DNA of 32,000 bases from Xanthomonas campestris pv. campestris str. ATCC 33913 (GCF_000007145.1 NC_003902.1:2516497-2548496); one strand, 5' to 3'; counted from the stretch's first letter, positions 8,952-20,942 are shown. Numbers and translations: made by a program. Notes: a model not told the origin generated them from the letters alone.

Positions 8952-9611
8952 ATGACGATTGCCCAGACCCAAAACACCGCTGAACAGCTGCTGCGCGACG
9001 CCGGCATCCTGCCGGTGGTGACCGTCGACACGCTGGACCAGGCGCGTCGCGTGGCCGACGCGCTGCTCGAAGGCGGCCTGCCTGCCATCGAACTGACCCT
9101 GCGCACGCCGGTCGCGATCGAGGCGCTGGCGATGCTCAAGCGCGAACTGCCCAACATCGTGATCGGTGCCGGCACGGTGCTGAGCGAACGGCAGCTGCGC
9201 CAGTCGGTGGATGCCGGTGCAGACTTCCTGGTCACGCCCGGTACGCCAGCGCCGCTGGCACGCCTGCTGGCCGACGCGCCGATCCCGGCCGTGCCCGGCG
9301 CTGCCACCCCAACCGAACTGCTGACCCTGATGGGCTTGGGCTTCCGCGTGTGCAAGCTGTTCCCGGCCACCGCTGTGGGCGGCCTGCAGATGCTCAAGGG
9401 CCTGGCCGGCCCGCTGTCTGAGCTCAAGCTCTGCCCCACTGGCGGCATCAGCGAAGCCAATGCCGCCGAATTCCTGTCGCAGCCGAACGTGCTGTGCATC
9501 GGCGGCTCGTGGATGGTGCCCAAGGACTGGCTGGCGCAAGGTCAGTGGGACAAGGTCAAGGCAAGCTCGGCCAAGGCTGCGTCAATCGTGCGGCAGGTGC
9601 GTGCGGGCTGA
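8952..9611 (+). CDS. eda: 2-keto-3-deoxy-6-phosphogluconate / KHG aldolase (219 aa)
   Basis: ATG 8952 preceded by CAGGAG (8941-8946). MTIAQTQNTAEQLLRDAGILPVVTV..., with GAGTVL, VCKLFPA (Schiff-base Lys context) and LCPTGGIS. The track ORF 8580..9611 extends spuriously upstream across the edd 3' end. Confidence 0.92.
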   Translation: MTIAQTQNTAEQLLRDAGILPVVTVDTLDQARRVADALLEGGLPAIELTLRTPVAIEALAMLKRELPNIVIGAGTVLSERQLRQSVDAGADFLVTPGTPAPLARLLADAPIPAVPGAATPTELLTLMGLGFRVCKLFPATAVGGLQMLKGLAGPLSELKLCPTGGISEANAAEFLSQPNVLCIGGSWMVPKDWLAQGQWDKVKASSAKAASIVRQVRAG

Positions 9612-9645
9612 TGTTCTGGGCTGCATCCCGCGTGTTGGGAAAGCC

Positions 9646-9717
9646 GAGTGGCTTGAGAAGGCCGGTTGGCTGACGAAAGTTGATTGGCTGAGCAAAGCTG
9701 ATCAGCTGGCGCTTTAG
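9646..9717. repeat. degenerate 18-nt tandem repeat, 4 copies
   Basis: GAGTGGCTTGAGAAGGCC / GGTTGGCTGACGAAAGTT / GATTGGCTGAGCAAAGCT / GATCAGCTGGCGCTTTAG, starting at 9646, 9664, 9682 and 9700. It includes the perfect 12-bp palindrome AGCTGATCAGCT (9696-9707). Confidence 0.7.
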
Positions 9718-9819
9718 TTTTGATTGAGGAACGCCCGGTTTGCTGGCGCCTTGATTTCGTTGGTTGAGGAAAGCTGGTTAGCTGGCGCCTTGATCTTTTG
9801 GGTGGAGCGGCCCGCGGGC
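9705..9819. repeat. degenerate 37-39 bp tandem repeat, 3 copies
   Basis: Units begin with GCTGGCGC(C)TT at 9705, 9742 and 9781. Shared blocks are GCTGGCGCCTTGAT and TTGAGGAA. The last unit runs into the left arm of the next element. Confidence 0.6.
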
Positions 9820-9905
9820 GCCGGGGCAGGACACGCCGTGAACCCATCCATGGGGGCTCTTACACGACATCCTTGTCGTGTAAGGTCCTGCCCCGGCGCC
9901 CGCGG
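9812..9905. repeat. 94-bp nested inverted-repeat element (MITE/REP-like)
   Basis: Perfect 21-bp inverted repeat CCGCGGGCGCCGGGGCAGGAC (9812-9832) / GTCCTGCCCCGGCGCCCGCGG (9885-9905). It encloses a perfect 11-bp stem CTTACACGACA-TCCT-TGTCGTGTAAG (9859-9884). Confidence 0.8.
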
Positions 9906-10080
9906 ACCACTCTTCGAATGTTCCTGTATTGGCGGAACGGAGAGCAGCGATTTCCGCGAGGCCTGCTCGGACTAGCCTTTGATGGTTGCCTCGTTGCCTT
10001 GCTGCCTGAGGCGGAGGCAGATATCTATTTGCCTGCCGGCCAAAAAACCGAGCATTTTCGGCCCTGCCGTCTTCCCTAAC

Positions 10081-10860
10081 GATCAGCTAACTCATGCCAA
10101 CGACGCGCCAAAGCGGCAGCGTGGCCGGGGATTGGCGGAGAGCGGCACAGGGATGTGCCGCGGCGGCGAGTCAGACAGGATGTCTGCCGAGCCGAGGAGC
10201 CGATTTCCGGCCGCGCTGCCGCTCTCACCGAAGCCAGCAAACCACAGGCAGGTGCCCGACCGTATTCGGGGAACCGTACCCTCACCCCAACCCCTCTCCC
10301 GACGGGAGAGGGGCTTGAAGCCGCCCGTTTTGACCTCCCTCAAGATCAGCTAACTCACGGCGACGACGCCGCCGAAGCGGCAGCGTGGCCGGGGATTGGC
10401 GGAGAGCGGCACAGGGATGTGCCGCGGCGGCGAGTCAGACAGGATGTCTGCCGAGCCGAAGAGCCGATTTCCGGCCACGCTGCCGCCCTCACCGAAGCCA
10501 GCAAACCGCCGGCAGGCACGCTGCCTGGTCGTATTCGGGAAATCCGTACCCTCACCCCAACCCCTCTCCCGACGGGAGAGGGGCTTCAAGCCGCCCGTCC
10601 TGACTGTCCTCAAGATCAGCTAACTCACGGCAACGACGCCGCCGAAGCGGCAGCGTGGCCGGGGATTGGCGGAGAGCGGCACAGGGATGTGCCGCGGCGG
10701 CGAGTCAGACAGGATGTCTGCCGAGCCGAGGAGCCGAGCCCCGGCCGCGCTGCCGCCCTCACCGAAGCCAGCAAACCGCAGGCAGGCACGCTGCCTAGTC
10801 GTATTCGGGAAATCCGTACCCTCACCCCAACCCCTCTCCCGACGGGAGAGGGGCTTGAAG
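10081..10860. repeat. tandem repeat, 3 copies of a 264-270 bp structured unit
   Basis: Units start with GATCAGCTAACTCA at 10081, 10344 and 10614. Copies 2 and 3 differ at about 9 positions. Each unit ends with CTCACCCCAA-CCCCTCTCCCG-A-CGGGAGAGGGG, a perfect 23-nt palindrome (10291-10313 in copy 1). The tail of a further degenerate copy is visible at about 10055-10080. Confidence 0.9.
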
Positions 10861-10917
10861 CACCCTTGCTGCCATTCGGTGTGCAGCGATTGCCAACCGT
10901 CAGCCGTCTTTGGTGGC

Positions 10918-13900
10918 TCAAGACTCCAACGCAGCCTCCGGCGGCATCGCCTTCCGTACACCACGCGCGCGCTGCACCAATGCCGCCGCGCCGCTGCTCA
11001 TGTCATCCAGGATGGCGTAGATGGTCGGCAGGAACAGCAGACTCACCACCGTCGAAAATGCCAGGCCGCCAGCGATGGCGCGCGCCATCGGGAAGTACGG
11101 CGGGCCGTCGCTGAACATGGTGGTGCTGGTCAGCGAGATCGGCACCATCGCCAGGATCGCGGTGCCCATGGTCATCATGATGGGCCGCAAGCGCTCACGT
11201 GAGCCTTCGATCAACGCCTGCGTGCGCCCCATGCCACGGCGGCGCAGATTGTTGATGTGCTCGATCATCACGATGCCGTTGTTCACCACCACGCCCATCA
11301 GCACCAGGATGCCGATGAAGGACATGATGCCGAACGAGGTTCCGGTGATCCAGAACAGCCAGAACACCCCGAAGATCGAGAACAGCACGCCGCTCATGAT
11401 CGCCGCCGGAAACAGCAGCGACTCGAACACCGCCGCCATCACCACGTAGATCATCACCAACGCAATCACCAGATTGAACACCATCTGGCCCATCGCCTCG
11501 CCGTCGTCCTGATAATCGCCCCCGTCGAAGGTGTAGCTGTAACCGGCCGGAAACTGCATCGCCTTGAGCGGTTGCTCCATCGCAGCGCGCGCTTCAGGCA
11601 CGGTGACTTTCGTGCCGAGATTGGCTTTGATGGTCAGGGTTGTCTGCCGATTGGTGCGGCCGATCTGGGTGGCGGCCGGGCGGATTTTTACATCCACCAG
11701 CGACAGCAACGGCACGCTGCGGCCATCCTTGGTGCGCACGGTGAAGCCTGCCAGATCTTCGGGTTTGCTCTGCTCGGCGCCGGCAAAACGCACCCACACC
11801 GGTACTTCGTTGTCGCCACGGCGAAACTCGCGCAGCGGCGTGCCACGCAAGGCCAGCCCGACGAAGCTCGCCACCTGCTCCGCACTGAAGCCGAACGCGG
11901 CCGCGCGCTCGCGATCCACGCGGATCGCCAGCTCGCTGGTGCGATCGCCGGTATCCACGCGTACGTCGCGCAATTCCTTGCGCTGCGCCAGCAGCGGCAC
12001 CACCTCGTCGGCCAACTCCTGCAGTGCCTGGGTGGAATCGCCCACCAATTGCACCTGCACGCCCTGATTGCCGCTCCCGCCATCGCCCTGGTTGCCGATG
12101 CTGTAATCGGCGCGCGCAGAACGCGGCAACTCCTTGCGAATCTGCTCCAGCAGCGGTGGCAGGTCCTTGACCTTGGTCGCGTCGAAGGTCACCACGGTGT
12201 TGCTGCCTTCCACCTCGCTAAACCACGAATAGATCTGGGTGATGTGATATTTGGCGCGGTTGGCTTCCAGGTGGTTTTCCACCCGCGCGATCTCATCGCC
12301 CAGCTGCTCGCGCGTATAGGAGCCCTTCCACTGATACTGGATGTAGCCCTCGTTGCCGCCGTCGCCACCGAACATATCGACCTTGGTGAGCTTCATCGGC
12401 ACCAGGCTGATTGCACTGACCAGCAGGATGCCGGCCACGCTCCAGCCGCGGTGCGCCAGCGTCCAGGCCAAAACCTTGGCGTAGCGCCGCTGCAGCCGTG
12501 CGATCACGCCGCGCTCGGAGGTCACCAGCGGCGGCGTTTTCATGCGCGCCGACAGCATCGGGATCAGGCTGATCGCCACCAACCACGAGGCCAGCAACGA
12601 CACCGAAATGGTGATCGCAATCTGCGCCATGAAAATGCTGATGTTGTTGGTTTCGCCAAACAGGTTCGGCACGAACACGATGCAGTGGCACAGCGTGCCG
12701 GCGCTGAGTGCAATCGCCACGCTACGCGTGCCCAACAACGCTGCCAGTTGCGGCTGGCCCGGCATGCGCTCGCGCTCCTGGTAGATGCTTTCCACCACCA
12801 CCACCGCGTTGTCCACCAGCATGCCCACGGCCAACAGCAAGCCCATCATGGTCAGGATGTTGAGCGTGACGCCGACGAAGTACATGAAGCCCAGCGTGAT
12901 CGCAAAGCAGATCGGGATCGCCAGCGTGACCATCAGCGTGGACGGCCAGTGGCGCAGGAAGAAGAACAGCACCGTGATCGACAACAGCAGACCAACCGCA
13001 CCGGCCTCGGCCAATTCCGCCAATGACGAGGTCACCGCCTTGCCCTGGTTGTCGATCACCTTGACCTGCACGTCGCGCATGGCAGGTTCGGCGCGGATGT
13101 CTTCGACTTCCTTCAATGCCGCCTTGGACACTTCCACCAGGTTGGCGCTGCGCTCCTTGTAGATGTCCAGGCCAATCGCCGGACGCCCATCCAGGCGCCG
13201 GCCGTAGTTCATGCGCGTGGGCTTGAGCCGCACCTGCGCAATGTCGCCCAGGCGCAGGCCCTTGGCGTTGAGCACTAGGTCGCGCAGCTCTTGCAGGTCG
13301 CGTAACTCCCCTACCGGTTGCACGCGGATGCGCTGGCCGTTGTCGTCGATCTGCCCGGCCGAAACCGAGAAATTGAGCTTGCCCAGCCGCTCACTCAGAT
13401 CGTTGAGGCTCAGGTCATGCGCAGTCAGCCGGTCCGGCGCGATCGCGATCTCCACTTCATTCGGCGGCGCGCCGGAGATTTCCACCTTGGCCACGCCCGG
13501 AATCCGCTCGATGCGCCGCTTGAACTCGCGGTCGAGCATGTCGTACGCGCCGGTCAGATCGGCCTGGCTGGCCAGCCGCACCTTGAGTACCGGCTCATCG
13601 CTGCTGGACCATTTAAAGATATGGAAGCGCTGCAGATCCTCGGGGAAATCGTCGCGAATCGCATCCAGCCGCTCGCGTGCGTCGGAGGCGGCAATGGCGA
13701 TATCGCGGTCCCAATCGGAGAACTCGATGAAGATGTTGGCGCCGTCGGCGGTGGCGGTTGAGCGCATGCGCTTGATGCCGGTCATTGTCGCCAACGCTTC
13801 TTCGGCCGGCCGCACCAGGTTGCGCTCCACCTCGTCCGGCGTGGAGCCGGTGTACGGCAACTGCACGAACAGGAACGGCGCGGAAATATCCGGCAGCGCC

Positions 13901-14000
13901 TCCAGCGGCAGGCGAAATGCGGCGATCAGCCCCACCACCACCAGCGACACGAAGCACATGATGGTGGTGACCGGGCGACGGATGCTGAAGGCGGCAACGC

Positions 14001-14004
<4 letters not shown>
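10918..14004 (-). CDS. efflux RND transporter permease subunit (1028 aa), second of a pair
   Basis: ATG 14002-14004 gives MSVAAFSIRRPVTTIMCFVSLVVVGLIAAFRLPLEALPDISAPF... with 12-TM AcrB/MdtC-type architecture. Its start overlaps the upstream RND stop (ATGA). The 80 extra N-terminal codons of track ORF 10918..14244 are Gly/Arg-rich read-through. Confidence 0.92.
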
Positions 14005-17497
<3,493 letters not shown>

Positions 17498-17501
<4 letters not shown>

Positions 17502-18631
17502 GAGCGCTTCTCGTCGCCGGCCGTTGCCGGTGCGGCAGCTGCAACCGGCTTGCGATCGGGCTGGCCGATGATCTGCACCGCGGTGCCATCGCGCAACGCC
17601 ACCTTGCCGGCCGTCACGACCTGGTCGCCTTCCTTCAGGCCCTGGCGCACTTCCAGCCATGGGCCTTCGGCATAGCCCAGCTTCACCGGCACCCGGCTGG
17701 CCTTGCCATTGCGCACCACGAACACTGCCGGCTCACCGTCATCCAGCAGCGCCAGCCGCGGAATCACCAGGGCATCCTTGCGCTGGTCGTAGTCGATGCG
17801 GATGCGCCCGAACATGCCGGGCTGCAACGCCTCCGCGCCAGCCCCGAACGCGCACACCACGCGAAAAGTGCCGCTGCCCGAATCCACCACCGGCGCGATG
17901 CGGTCCACCTTGCCCACGAATTGCTGTCCCGGCAATGCGTCGGCCAGCAACGTCACCGGCTGGCCGGACTTGAGCGTGGCCAGCTCGCGCTCGGGCACGT
18001 TGAGCGTGGCTTCCAGTTGCGAGTCGTCGACGATGCGGAAGATCGGCGTATTGATCTGCACGAAGTTGCCGGTCTTGATCGAGCGCGAAGCAATCACACC
18101 GGAAATCGGTGCCTGCACGGTGGTGTACGACAGTTCCAGCGACGCCAGACGATGCTGCGCGCGGCTGTTTTCCACATCGAACTTGAGCTGGTCCACATCC
18201 GCGGCGCTGACCAGTTGCTGGCCGACCAGTTGCGTGGCGCGGCGATAGCTGTTTTCCAGCTTGCGCAGCTGCGCCTCGCTTTGCGCCACCGCCAGATGCG
18301 CGCGGTCCGGATCCAGCCGTACCAGCGCCTGGCCTGCCGACACCTTCTGCCCTTCCTCGACCATCACCGCCAGCGCCACGCCGGAGGTCTTGGCCACCAC
18401 CTGCGCTTCGGCACGTGGCTCCAATGCCGCAGTGCCGGTGTAGCTGGCAGCCACCGCGCGACGGGCTGCCTTGGCGGTTTCCACCGGCACGGCATCTGCG
18501 GCCTTCTGGCTGTCTGCCGGCTTGGCAGCACTGTCGCCAGCCTTGCAACCGCCCAGCAACAGGCTCGTGGTGATCAACAGCGCCGCAGCGCAAGGTCCGC
18601 TGCGGCCGTGCAAGAAGGAGAGTGGCGACAT
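17498..18631 (-). CDS. efflux RND transporter periplasmic adaptor (MFP) lipoprotein (377 aa)
   Basis: Lipobox LLLGGC after a signal peptide, then HlyD/AcrA-type lipoyl, coiled-coil hairpin (LRKLENSYRRATQL...) and beta-barrel regions. First gene of the MFP-RND-RND operon. Confidence 0.9.
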
Positions 18632-18833
18632 CGTCGTGTCCTAGTGGATGCGTGAACAGGTGTTGTAGGCAAGTAAACCACCCAAGCCATCATGCCGCCA
18701 ATGCGCCAAAGGTCATGGTCTGTTCAAGATTGCCTATTCACCCGGTTTGCGTGCGGCCAAATCGCAGGCATACTCGGTTCGGCCCGCAACGCCCCCACGT
18801 GCGGACTCATACCAGTCTTCCGGATACGAAACC

Positions 18834-19220
18834 ATGCGCCCGCAGCCGCTCGCCGCTTGTCTCGCTCTGGTCGTCTTCCTGCCGTTTGGGGGCGCATCAG
18901 CAACACCATCGGTTCCGACACCGCCTGCGCCTGCAGCCGCGGCGCCGACGCCTGCCACACCCGCGTCCTCGGGCAATGCCGGGAATGGCCGCCAGCTGGC
19001 ATACACCTGCCAGGGCTGCCACGGCGTGACCGGCTACAAGAACGCCTACCCGAGCTACCGCGTGCCCAAGATCGGCGGCCAGTCCGCGCAGTACCTGACC
19101 CAGGCACTGACCGAATACCGCCAGGGCAAGCGCAAACACCCGACCATGCAGGCACAGGCGCAAAGCTTTTCCGAGCAGGACATCGCCGACATCGCCACCT
19201 ACCTGTCCACCCTCAAATAA
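18834..19220 (+). CDS. monoheme c-type cytochrome (class I, c4/c552-like; 128 aa)
   Basis: ATG 18834 gives the signal peptide MRPQPLAACLALVVFLPFGGASA, a Pro/Ala linker, the heme site CQGCH and distal HPTM. The upstream part of the track ORF from 18747 has no signal-peptide logic. Confidence 0.85.
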   Translation: MRPQPLAACLALVVFLPFGGASATPSVPTPPAPAAAAPTPATPASSGNAGNGRQLAYTCQGCHGVTGYKNAYPSYRVPKIGGQSAQYLTQALTEYRQGKRKHPTMQAQAQSFSEQDIADIATYLSTLK

Positions 19221-19228
19221 GCGCCCAC

Positions 19229-19690
19229 ATGCCGAACGCCCTGTACGCTCCGCGTCTAGCCATCGCCTTGGTCGCTGCCCTGTCGTTGGCGGCCTGTTCC
19301 CAGTCCCAGGTGGAATCCACCGATCACTCTGCCGGCGATGCCGGTCATGCCAGCGGCGAGCATGGCTCGGGGTCGTCGGCGGGCCTGCCGACCGGCCGCG
19401 CCGCAGCCGGCGACAAACTCGCGCATACCAAAGGCAAGGCCACCGGCCAGAGCTGTGTCGATTGCCACGGCGCCGATGGCAATGTGCCGCTGGACCCGAC
19501 CTATCCCAAACTCGGCGGCCAGTACGGCGACTACCTTGCACATGCATTGCAGGCCTATCGCAGCGGCGATCGCCAGCATCCGTTGATGACCGCCCAAGCC
19601 ACCGCGCTGAGTGACCAGGACATCGCCGATCTCGCCGCGTACTTTGGCGCGCGCCCGACACAGCTGCGCGATCTGCACGGCGTCAACTGA
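19229..19690 (+). CDS. monoheme c-type cytochrome lipoprotein (153 aa)
   Basis: ATG 19229 gives MPNALYAPRLAIALVAALSLAACSQ (lipobox LAAC), heme site CVDCH and distal HPLM. It is paralogous to the preceding gene (PKLGGQYGDYLAHALQAYRSG versus PKIGGQSAQYLTQALTEYRQG). Confidence 0.85.
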   Translation: MPNALYAPRLAIALVAALSLAACSQSQVESTDHSAGDAGHASGEHGSGSSAGLPTGRAAAGDKLAHTKGKATGQSCVDCHGADGNVPLDPTYPKLGGQYGDYLAHALQAYRSGDRQHPLMTAQATALSDQDIADLAAYFGARPTQLRDLHGVN

Positions 19691-19730
19691 GCACGGCGCA
19701 CGCCGCGTCTCATTCGGCATGAAAAAGCGC

Positions 19731-19759
19731 TTGCGCGAACGTTAACGCATCGCTATCAT
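19731..19759 (+). promoter_or_regulatory. putative sigma70 promoter of tRNA-Ala/Glu unit 1
   Basis: TTGCGC-17 nt-TATCAT, preceded by an A-tract (CATGAAAAAG). The -10 ends 17 nt before the mature tRNA 5' end. Confidence 0.45.
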
Positions 19760-19776
19760 TTCGTTCTCAGTTTCGT

Positions 19777-19852
19777 GGGGCCATAGCTCAGCTGGGAGAG
19801 CGCCTGCATGGCATGCAGGAGGTCGGCGGTTCGATCCCGCCTGGCTCCACCA
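19777..19852 (+). tRNA. tRNA-Ala (anticodon GGC)
   Basis: GGGGCCA acceptor stem with the G3:U70 Ala identity pair, anticodon loop AUGGCAU, GGTTCGATCC T-arm, encoded CCA. 76 nt cloverleaf folded by hand. Confidence 0.93.
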
Positions 19853-19899
19853 CGTTCCGGACATAGGCCGTCTGGAATAGACAACCAGGTTTGATACGC

Positions 19900-19975
19900 G
19901 TCCCCATCGTCTAGAGGCCTAGGACACCACCCTTTCACGGTGGACACCGGGGTTCGAATCCCCGTGGGGACGCCA
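19900..19975 (+). tRNA. tRNA-Glu (anticodon UUC)
   Basis: GTCCCCATCGTCTAGAGGCCTAGGACA..., anticodon loop CUUUCAC, GGTTCGAATCC T-arm, encoded CCA. 76 nt. Confidence 0.93.
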
Positions 19976-19985
19976 ATCATCAAAA

Positions 19986-20011
19986 AGCCTCGGCATTGCC
20001 GGGGCTTTTTT
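19986..20011 (+). terminator. rho-independent terminator after tRNA unit 1
   Basis: AGCCTCGGC-ATT-GCCGGGGCT (9-bp stem with one G:U) followed by TTTTTT. Confidence 0.75.
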
Positions 20012-20680
20012 CTTGCGTGCAATTTTTGCCAGATGTGCCAGAGCAGTTTGGTGATGCCTCACTGGCAACGCGCTTTGTGCGATTGCGTGTTGAAGCTCTT
20101 CGAAGCTGGCCGGAGTTGCAAGATCGGTCGAAGTGCCTGATTCCGATTGCGTGTGCATGACCTGGCGCTGCGACCACGACGCGCCGAGCCGAGCCGCGCC
20201 GCGCCGCGCCGGAGTAAGACTTCACCACGTGCGCATTTGCGTGCGCCCTCGCCTTTCAAGCAGAGCAGACGATATGCACGCTGCTGCACACGTCACCTCG
20301 CTTGTCACCGCTGCAGCGACGCAGCGACGAGAACAGCACTTGGACGCAGCGCACGAAATTGCCTTTTTCCGCTTTGCACTAGCGTTCGGGCATGATGTGC
20401 ACCCTTGTGGCTGCAACCCGCCACGCACTCACTAGCGCGCCAGTAACGACTACAGGTTCCGCGAAACAAAAAACCAGACAGGAAAAGTTTCGAGATCAGC
20501 TGCGCATCGCAACACGCTTGGCTAACGCGATGCACAAAGCAGGACACACCTGACGCGTGTTGCCTGCCGACGAGATCAGCGACAAAGGGAAGCGCCGCAC
20601 CCAGTGCGCGACACGACACAGCGCGTAGGCCGATCAGAACGCTGGCGCGTTACCGCATGAAAAAAATGTATCCGCACCTC

Positions 20681-20709
20681 TTCCCAACCCGGTTGCAGAT
20701 CGCTATCAT
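20681..20709 (+). promoter_or_regulatory. putative sigma70 promoter of tRNA-Ala/Glu unit 2
   Basis: TTCCCA-17 nt-TATCAT. The CGCTATCATT -10 block and upstream CATGAAAAA A-tract are shared with unit 1. Confidence 0.4.
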
Positions 20710-20728
20710 TGCCGGCTCGCAGCATCGT

Positions 20729-20804
20729 GGGGCCATAGCTCAGCTGGGAGAGCGCCTGCATGGCATGCAGGAGGTCGGCGGTTCGATCCCGCCTGGCTCC
20801 ACCA
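20729..20804 (+). tRNA. tRNA-Ala (anticodon GGC), second copy
   Basis: Identical in sequence to 19777-19852. Confidence 0.93.
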
Positions 20805-20857
20805 ACTTTCGGACAATAGGCCGTCCGCAAGCTAACAACGGGGTTGTTCGTTTATGC

Positions 20858-20933
20858 GTCCCCATCGTCTAGAGGCCTAGGACACCACCCTTTCACGGTG
20901 GACACCGGGGTTCGAATCCCCGTGGGGACGCCA
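20858..20933 (+). tRNA. tRNA-Glu (anticodon UUC), second copy
   Basis: Identical in sequence to 19900-19975. Confidence 0.93.
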
Positions 20934-20942
20934 ACGACAAGA

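Noticed and set aside
10081-10860. CRISPR array or integron attC/cassette array as an explanation for the tandem units
   Set aside because: The units are contiguous with no unique spacers and, at 264-270 bp, far longer than CRISPR repeats. No cas or intI gene is present in the window. The unit boundaries (..CTCAA|GATCAGCTAAC..) do not fit the attC R''/R' core sites RYYYAAC / GTTRRRY.
10155-11114. 319-aa ORF reading through all three 270-bp repeat copies, which could be taken for a repeat protein
   Set aside because: The product is Arg/Pro/Ala-rich low-complexity sequence, and the ORF runs on antisense into the 3' end of the RND gene. Minus-strand frames are also open within each unit. The openness is explained by GC content and by in-phase unit lengths. 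The in-phase indels are still flagged in the findings.
18640-18740. Possible operator in the MFP / cytochrome divergent region (TGAACAG and TAGGCAA blocks recurring inverted about 60 bp apart)
   Set aside because: The blocks are individually inverted but keep their order, so they do not form a true palindrome or hairpin. With 7-bp matches in GC-moderate DNA, chance is a sufficient explanation.
19940-20872. Small ORFs (62-104 aa) in and around the tRNA spacer, several running through the tRNA genes
   Set aside because: They overlap tRNA genes or each other, have Cys/Arg-rich composition, and show no third-position GC bias and no SD.
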